Origin: a virus
DNA length: 57,585 nucleotides
Virus record (IMG/VR): IMGVR_UViG_3300013099_000003
Location: 1-57,585 of that record
Reading direction: 5' to 3' (one strand)
Part shown: positions 37,321-42,557 of the stretch, piece after piece
How the letters are laid out: every line of letters starts with the position of its first letter
Numbering within the stretch: the stretch's first letter is position 1
Notes under the pieces: model-generated
Databases searched by the model: none
The model's input: only the letters and a program-made list of their open reading frames with translations
Told to the model about the DNA's origin: nothing
Position numbers and translations under genes: made by a program

Positions 37321-37865
37321 CCCTTCACCTCCTTTTGTGCTTCTACTACACAGCCCCTACACTTTTCATCCAGTAACAGTAGAACATCCTCAGGAACCGG
37401 GCAGCTATCTTGGATCTCGAAGATCTGTATCCTATGGAAGACTGAGGTATCAATCATAAGGGTGTCTACAATATCCGGATCAATATTCAGTCGATGTCTA
37501 TTGCCATGTCCATTAGCATCACTCATGAATTGCTCAAGCATATCATTATCATCCGGACTGAAGGGAGCATGGAGACTGTATGTAATACCAGTGAATGCCT
37601 GTATCAGTTGCTCACCCACCCATTCAGGCCAGATGGTAGTATTAAGGTACACCTTAGCTCCTTGATCCTTGAGGTACGTGGCTATCTCTAAGGTATATCC
37701 GGGGTACAGGAGAGGCTCACCACCTGTTAGTGTTACCCTCTCATACTTTAGGAGATCCTTTCGGTTCCGGCATGTCTCTAGAGACTCCTTAGTTCCCTCA
37801 TGCTTATTACAGCAGTACCAGCAGTCTCTCGGACAGCTCTCCGTTATGAGTACCCTAGCATCCAT
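37314..37865 (-). CDS. small radical SAM protein (NrdG/QueE-like activase size class)
   Basis: CPRDCWYC (CxxxCxxC cluster motif) and VTLTGGEPLL. Confidence 0.75.
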   Translation of the reverse strand: MDARVLITESCPRDCWYCCNKHEGTKESLETCRNRKDLLKYERVTLTGGEPLLYPGYTLEIATYLKDQGAKVYLNTTIWPEWVGEQLIQAFTGITYSLHAPFSPDDNDMLEQFMSDANGHGNRHRLNIDPDIVDTLMIDTSVFHRIQIFEIQDSCPVPEDVLLLLDEKCRGCVVEAQKEVKGC

Positions 37866-38034
37866 GGTACTCACCACAGGTATGCTTCCGACCTACATAT
37901 TGCTTTAAGTTCCGGCAGTAAGAGGGCTTATTTGTGTGGTATTTACAGGTTGCACAAGGCTTCTTAGGTGCCTTGAAGGTACTACTCTCTGCTCTCCATC
38001 CGGCTTCCTCTTTCTTCATCTCTTTAGTCTTCAT
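37855..38034 (-). CDS. basic Cys-containing mini-protein, 59 aa (below the ORF-track cutoff)
   Basis: My own translation: MKTKEMKKEEAGWRAESSTFKAPKKPCATCKYHTNKPSYCRNLKQYVGRKHTCGEYHGC. ATGA overlap with the upstream gene. Confidence 0.5.
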   Translation of the reverse strand: MKTKEMKKEEAGWRAESSTFKAPKKPCATCKYHTNKPSYCRNLKQYVGRKHTCGEYHGC

Positions 38035-38393
38035 ATGTGCTCTCCCGGCTTAGTAAAGGTTACATTCTTCTCACTCCATTCCTTAGATTCCTTCAGTCCC
38101 CATCCAGTAGCATCACGGACTGCCTTGATCACCTTGATCTTATTCAGTGCATAATCAGCTACTCCATATGCTGCCGCCTTAGCTAGTGTCTCTGGAGACA
38201 GAGGCAATATCCTCAGGTCATCATACCTCTCTATAGCATCAGCCATAGTCCGGAAGTGATCTCCACAGGTCAGGAGGAGAGCCTTATTGGTATCCTCCAC
38301 ATTTATCAGATCATCCTCACATTTCTGGAGGATTACAGCTATACTCTCATGGAATCCCCTTGCATTTATCCTCCGGCCACCATAGATATTCAT
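38031..38393 (-). CDS. protein with a ribosomal L7/L12 C-terminal-domain-like segment
   Basis: NKIKVIKAVRDATGWGLKESKEW compared with E. coli bL12 [23 protein letters not shown]. Start trimmed to an ATGA overlap. Confidence 0.6.
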   Translation of the reverse strand: MNIYGGRRINARGFHESIAVILQKCEDDLINVEDTNKALLLTCGDHFRTMADAIERYDDLRILPLSPETLAKAAAYGVADYALNKIKVIKAVRDATGWGLKESKEWSEKNVTFTKPGEHI

Positions 38394-38758
38394 ATGGAGA
38401 TACCACATCGAGCTACGGCAAGGAGCTGTTGATCTTCAGTATAATACTCAGCTTGTACCTTGATGCCAAACTCAGCCAGTATCTTGAACTTAGGATTCTT
38501 ACAGACTGTTTCCGTGACTACCTTATCCGCTTCCTCAGGATTATCACTGAAGATCGTGGCTACTATCCCATTGTCAACCTTATAGACAAAGTATGCAGTA
38601 TTATCCTTGCATCCAGCAGTGATGAAGGTAGTGATCTCATCTATACGGATGCCGGGTTCCATCTTTGAGAGACTCTCATTCAACTCCTGACATGGTGTAG
38701 AGAGGGCTGGTGTCGCTAGAGACAGCAAGAGTGCTGTCGTAAGTATACTTTTATACAT
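38390..38758 (-). CDS. secreted protein, 122 aa
   Basis: Signal peptide MYKSILTTALLLSLATPALSTP. Confidence 0.65.
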   Translation of the reverse strand: MYKSILTTALLLSLATPALSTPCQELNESLSKMEPGIRIDEITTFITAGCKDNTAYFVYKVDNGIVATIFSDNPEEADKVVTETVCKNPKFKILAEFGIKVQAEYYTEDQQLLAVARCGISI

Positions 38759-38773
38759 TTCTTTATTCTCCTG

Positions 38774-38875
38774 TTATCGTTTATTTCCTCTTTTCTTATC
38801 ATCAAGATTGCACCATACACAGAGGATTGTGAAGATTATGATACATAAACCGAGTGCCTCGAGTGGATATTCCAT
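38774..38875 (-). CDS. possible TM peptide, 33 aa
   Basis: My own translation: MEYPLEALGLCIIIFTILCVWCNLDDKKRGNKR. It fills the gap between neighbouring genes. Confidence 0.35.
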   Translation of the reverse strand: MEYPLEALGLCIIIFTILCVWCNLDDKKRGNKR

Positions 38876-38876
38876 C

Positions 38877-39233
38877 TCATTCTCCTATGAAGTACATAAA
38901 AGGAGTGCCTACTTTGCTGAAGTCCTTACTTCTGTGAACTTCACCACATCTCATCCATCTCTTTATCCTACCTTCGGATACCTTAGAACCAAGACCATCT
39001 CGAAGCTCCTCAAGGGTCGGACGAAACTTCGCAATGTATGCGAGGATATCATCCTTCGCAATAGTGAGTCTCGAACAGTCTCTAGAGACATCACTTGTGG
39101 TATCATCGGAGATCTCCTCCGGATTCACCATCTTATCAAATCCATCCATGATATGTGGGAAGTCTCTCAGTACAACTTCCGGAATTGAATCTACTGCATT
39201 AATTATGTTACGTAACTCACTGATACTGGGCAT
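38877..39233 (-). CDS. hypothetical protein, 118 aa (possible DNA-binding protein)
   Basis: Trimmed to MPSISELRN with SD ggaggtaaag; first gene after the 39.27-39.48 kb palindrome cluster. Confidence 0.6.
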   Translation of the reverse strand: MPSISELRNIINAVDSIPEVVLRDFPHIMDGFDKMVNPEEISDDTTSDVSRDCSRLTIAKDDILAYIAKFRPTLEELRDGLGSKVSEGRIKRWMRCGEVHRSKDFSKVGTPFMYFIGE

Positions 39234-39273
39234 TTCTTTACCTCCATCTGGCATAATTGCCGACTTCTTCGGT

Positions 39274-39285
39274 GTCTCTAGAGAC
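39274..39285. repeat. GTCTCTAGAGAC palindrome copy (intergenic)
   Basis: Exact 12-mer. Confidence 0.95.
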
Positions 39286-39424
39286 TTAGAGGATGCGGAG
39301 TCTAGGGATATACCCTAATGTCAGTACCTTAGGACTAAACTTTAACTTCCCAGAAGGGAGAGCGAGTCCCGCTATTGCCTAACATCTATTCCGTATTGGA
39401 CATGCTCCATTGTACCTCATAAGT

Positions 39425-39460
39425 GTCTCTAGAGACTCTCTTTGGAAAGTCTCTAGAGAC
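39425..39460. repeat. two GTCTCTAGAGAC copies separated by 12 nt (39425-39436 and 39449-39460)
   Basis: Exact 12-mers read directly. Confidence 0.95.
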
Positions 39461-39481
39461 ACCTAGGAAATCCTAGGTGTC
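39458..39481 (-). terminator. 10-bp stem-loop just downstream of the 243-aa gene, sharing 3 nt with a palindrome copy
   Basis: gacacctagg / aaat / cctaggtgtc. Confidence 0.5.
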
Positions 39482-39489
39482 AGTGGTAT

Positions 39490-40221
39490 CTATGCGAAAT
39501 GCTTAGTGGCCATTTTCAGGAGATCTGCTTGAACATCGGCTTTCTCTGTATCATCGGCAATATCCAGCAGGGAGCCGAGCTGAGCAATGAGATCTCTCAT
39601 TTCTACGGTAATATCAAGGTTATTCACACAGATGGCTGTGGTGAGCTTATGGGCTTCGAGAATATCCGCCTGCTCAGTCATCTTATCCGCAGCAGTCTGC
39701 AATCCCTCACAATGCCTTCGGACGGCCTCAATAGGAACTTCCTCAGTCGTACATCTCTTCAGCAAATCACACCTTGCACCTACCTTGAACTGCTCAGGAT
39801 AGAGAGAAGAGGAGAGACCGAAGCTCAGGATCTTTGCGATAGTTCCGGCATAATCCCACATCCGTCTTGTCTCTGCCCAGCTACTCCATTGAACCTTTCC
39901 GTCTTTCACGATATCGAAGGAAGCACCCTGACGATTCTTCCCTGTGAGTGGTAAGGTGTCCAGTTCAGCATGGATATGGTTAGCGAGTACACCTTTCAGG
40001 TAGGTACCGTTCTTCTTTATGGATTCCTTAGAGGTATCCATCTCAATCTGGGTGAGATCCACACGTTCCATCAGTATGGAGACAGTTTGGTCCCAGACTA
40101 TCGAATCATTCTTCTTTACGGTTCTTCCAGCAGTCGTACTTTTATCACTTGCTTTCATCGCAGCTACTACGTCTTCACCTTTAATGATGCTGTAGGTTAT
40201 GTCGTCACTTTTCTTACTCAT
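39490..40221 (-). CDS. hypothetical early protein, 243 aa
   Basis: ORF track; isolated gene bracketed by palindrome copies. Confidence 0.7.
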   Translation of the reverse strand: MSKKSDDITYSIIKGEDVVAAMKASDKSTTAGRTVKKNDSIVWDQTVSILMERVDLTQIEMDTSKESIKKNGTYLKGVLANHIHAELDTLPLTGKNRQGASFDIVKDGKVQWSSWAETRRMWDYAGTIAKILSFGLSSSLYPEQFKVGARCDLLKRCTTEEVPIEAVRRHCEGLQTAADKMTEQADILEAHKLTTAICVNNLDITVEMRDLIAQLGSLLDIADDTEKADVQADLLKMATKHFA

Positions 40222-40370
40222 AATAATACCCCTTTGTTCTGGTTTAGGTAAAATCCCCGGTTATCCGGTGTCTCTAGAGACTTCAGATAGCCTGAAGCCT
40301 TAATTTCAGCATTCTTCCGCCTAGATTGGGCAGCCTGTACATCCGATCTCTTGATACGGATAATAGTCAC
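40218..40370 (-). CDS. basic mini-protein, 50 aa, GTG start (below the ORF-track cutoff)
   Basis: SD gaggagg lies 6 nt before GTG 40370. My own translation: (M)TIIRIKRSDVQAAQSRRKNAEIKASGYLKSLETPDNRGFYLNQNKGVLL. The stop forms an ATGA overlap with the 243-aa gene. It contains the palindrome copy at 40270-40281 in the SLET frame. Confidence 0.5.
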   Translation of the reverse strand: MTIIRIKRSDVQAAQSRRKNAEIKASGYLKSLETPDNRGFYLNQNKGVLL

Positions 40371-40710
40371 AGTACACCTCCTCTAAGTTTATGTAGAACA
40401 GCCACACTAATCCATTGTTTTCCATAGTTACTATCATATTACCACCTCTCAGTTCTTGTATATACCCAGTGTACTACCATAAGTATAAGATTTACGATTC
40501 TCTCTTGCATAATTCCTCCAAGGTTATAGGTTAAGGAATGCTCAGGTTAGTGCTACGGTTCCTGAGCAGACCTTAATCGGTATCCTCATTGCTATTATGT
40601 GCTCCATGCAGCTATAGTTCACCCTCAGGCAGCCTGTCGTATCCCAGCTAGGATATCCTCCGCATTCTTAAGTCGGAATTCAGGTAATCAGGTGCTATAA
40701 TCAATCGGTT

Positions 40711-40722
40711 GTCTCTAGAGAC
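40711..40722. repeat. GTCTCTAGAGAC palindrome copy (ORF-poor region)
   Basis: Exact 12-mer. Confidence 0.95.
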
Positions 40723-41276
40723 TCCGAATAATCAGTATGGACTCTTCATTGGGAGGCCCATTTGCTCCCATCACTACACTTGTTTATCGTGCCAAGTTCA
40801 CCTTAAGATATTTAGTACCCCTCTCAGTCGGGTGTAGACGTTCGGCTAGGTTTCCTAAGGGTTGCCCCTTTATCCCAACCTTTCCCGGGAGATCGTACTC
40901 CGGAAGGTCGTCAATGCTCTCTATTCAAGCCCATTTGGGTGATTCCCGTTCCCTATAGTTCCGGATTCCTAGCGGTATCTTGTAGACTACCCTTTCAGCG
41001 TATCCTATGATTCTTTCGACTCTCCCGTAAGCTCTCCGAGGTTTCCGTTGGCTACTCTCTTGAGAGAATCTTCTATCCCTCTGGCGAGTGGCCATCCGCC
41101 TCAGTGAACCCCTTTCAGGTCTCGCTGTCCGACTTGCTCTGTCAGGTTGGCTTGCGTATTTATTGTTTTTAGGTGCTCCTTTTAGATTGCCATGTTTTCC
41201 TTGTGGTGTCTAGTGTTTATCTTGTCGAGGTCTCTACTTCCCTCAATAGTTTACTCTTTGGCACCCTTTTGTCTGT

Positions 41277-41288
41277 GTCTCTAGAGAC
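41277..41288. repeat. GTCTCTAGAGAC palindrome copy (ORF-poor region)
   Basis: Exact 12-mer. Confidence 0.95.
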
Positions 41289-41563
41289 TTAGCCCAGATC
41301 GAAGTAGGTACCCCGGAGTCATCTCAGGATTGGAATCCGGCTGAGCCATGGAGGCCCCCGGGGAGTGGAGGTAGCCCCTCCGTATCTTGTAGCCATTTCT
41401 GAGAATAAGTACCTGCTCCATCCCTCTGCTACACCTTCCAGAAATACCTATGCACAAACCTTGCACACTTCGCACAAGCAGGAGAATGAACCCCATCCCT
41501 GACATTAAGCACCAATAAAGAGCCTAGGAATACTATAGGAATCTCCATGACTTAGACTAGGGG

Positions 41564-41592
41564 TTGACAAAAGGGCTTCGAGATGGTATAAC
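41564..41592 (+). promoter_or_regulatory. sigma-70-type promoter in front of the plus-strand (packaging/structural) block
   Basis: ggggTTGACA (41564-41569), 17-nt spacer ending TGg, then TATAAC (41587-41592). Confidence 0.65.
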
Positions 41593-41671
41593 TACATAAG
41601 AGCAAGAGACTTAAAGGTGGGAATCTAAAAGATCCGGGGGAACCTAGGGTCTTTCTTTAGGTCTAACCTAT

Positions 41672-41748
41672 CTACTTATACTTTACTACTTATACTTAGG
41701 TAATACTATAAAGGAATATATAAAGGAATAACCTAAGGCTAACCTAGG
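41672..41748 (+). repeat. cluster of short direct repeats in the AT-rich leader
   Basis: tacttatactt at 41673-41683 and 41687-41697; tataaaggaata in perfect tandem at 41707-41718 and 41719-41730; taacctaagg at 41729 and taacctagg at 41740. Confidence 0.85.
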
Positions 41749-41759
41749 AGGACTAAAGA

Positions 41760-42557
41760 TTGTCTGAAGTTATCGTAAGAAAACCTAAGCCACCCTTAAC
41801 AGATCAAGAGAAGTACCAAGTAATACTAAAGTACTCTGAAGGTGTTCCAGTTACTCAGATAGCCTCTGAAGTCTCTAGAGACATAGGGATTATAAATAAG
41901 CTAATCAGTAAGACCCACAATGGCATGACGGCAGTAAAGGAAACCAATGCACTTCTCCAAGCTACCCATAAGGGAGCCGTAACACAGTACTACGGGAAGA
42001 ACCCATCCAAGTTCATAACGACTGCCTTCCTAGCCGAGATAGATACCTTGGCTGAGATCTATGCTTACTACTTTGCCCAGACAGGGGACAATAGATTTGC
42101 CCTCATACAAAGTGGGATGGATATGGGAATCCCTAAGAACATGCGTAAGAATACCAAGGACTACGTATATAAGATCCGTGGTCAATTCCTCAGAGATATC
42201 CCACAGGTCAAGGATATCATAAAGCTAGTCCACGATAAGAGGATCAAGGAATATCATATAGAGAAGCCCCAGATCCAGATGGAACTGGTAGCCCAGATAG
42301 AGGAACTGAAGGAAGCAGTAAAGGATGATCCTAAACAACGGGTGAACCTCTTGAGAGCTGTAGAGATGCTAGGCCGTACAATCGGATCCTTCACGGACAG
42401 AGTACAAGTTGAGGAGGTTGATGCTAAGAGTGGCTTAGAGATTCTTATGGAGAGAGCTAAAGGAGAAGCTAAATTGACGTATGTCCCCGAGGAGGAGCAT
42501 GGCGAAGAAGACTCAGAAGCAGAAGCTCCTGGAGACTGCCCAGATATATTACAATGA
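41760..42557 (+). CDS. small-terminase-like protein with HTH (TTG start)
   Basis: SD aggagg lies 8 nt before TTG. HTH-like GVPVTQIASEVSRDIGIINKLI. Immediately upstream of the large terminase. Confidence 0.5.
   Translation: MSEVIVRKPKPPLTDQEKYQVILKYSEGVPVTQIASEVSRDIGIINKLISKTHNGMTAVKETNALLQATHKGAVTQYYGKNPSKFITTAFLAEIDTLAEIYAYYFAQTGDNRFALIQSGMDMGIPKNMRKNTKDYVYKIRGQFLRDIPQVKDIIKLVHDKRIKEYHIEKPQIQMELVAQIEELKEAVKDDPKQRVNLLRAVEMLGRTIGSFTDRVQVEEVDAKSGLEILMERAKGEAKLTYVPEEEHGEEDSEAEAPGDCPDILQ

Noticed and set aside
37314-37865. The radical SAM protein as an NrdG activase, implying a class III anaerobic reductase
   Set aside because: The only reductase (15104..16771) lacks a C-terminal glycyl-radical motif and has class I/II-type active-site cysteines. 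No NrdD-like gene exists in the genome.
40737-40958. Plus-strand 73-aa ORF, and the minus-strand 74-aa ORF (41281..41505), in the ORF-poor region
   Set aside because: Neither has an SD. Their composition is unlike that of real genes here. The plus-strand ORF lies on the pyrimidine-rich strand, and the minus-strand ORF is terminated only by the TAG inside a palindrome copy. I treat them as chance ORFs, although small peptides in this region cannot be excluded.
39274-41882. Could the regularly recurring GTCTCTAGAGAC copies be a CRISPR array?
   Set aside because: The repeat unit is only 12 bp. Spacings are wildly irregular (12 nt to several kb). Most copies lie in frame inside conserved protein genes. 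No cas genes are present.
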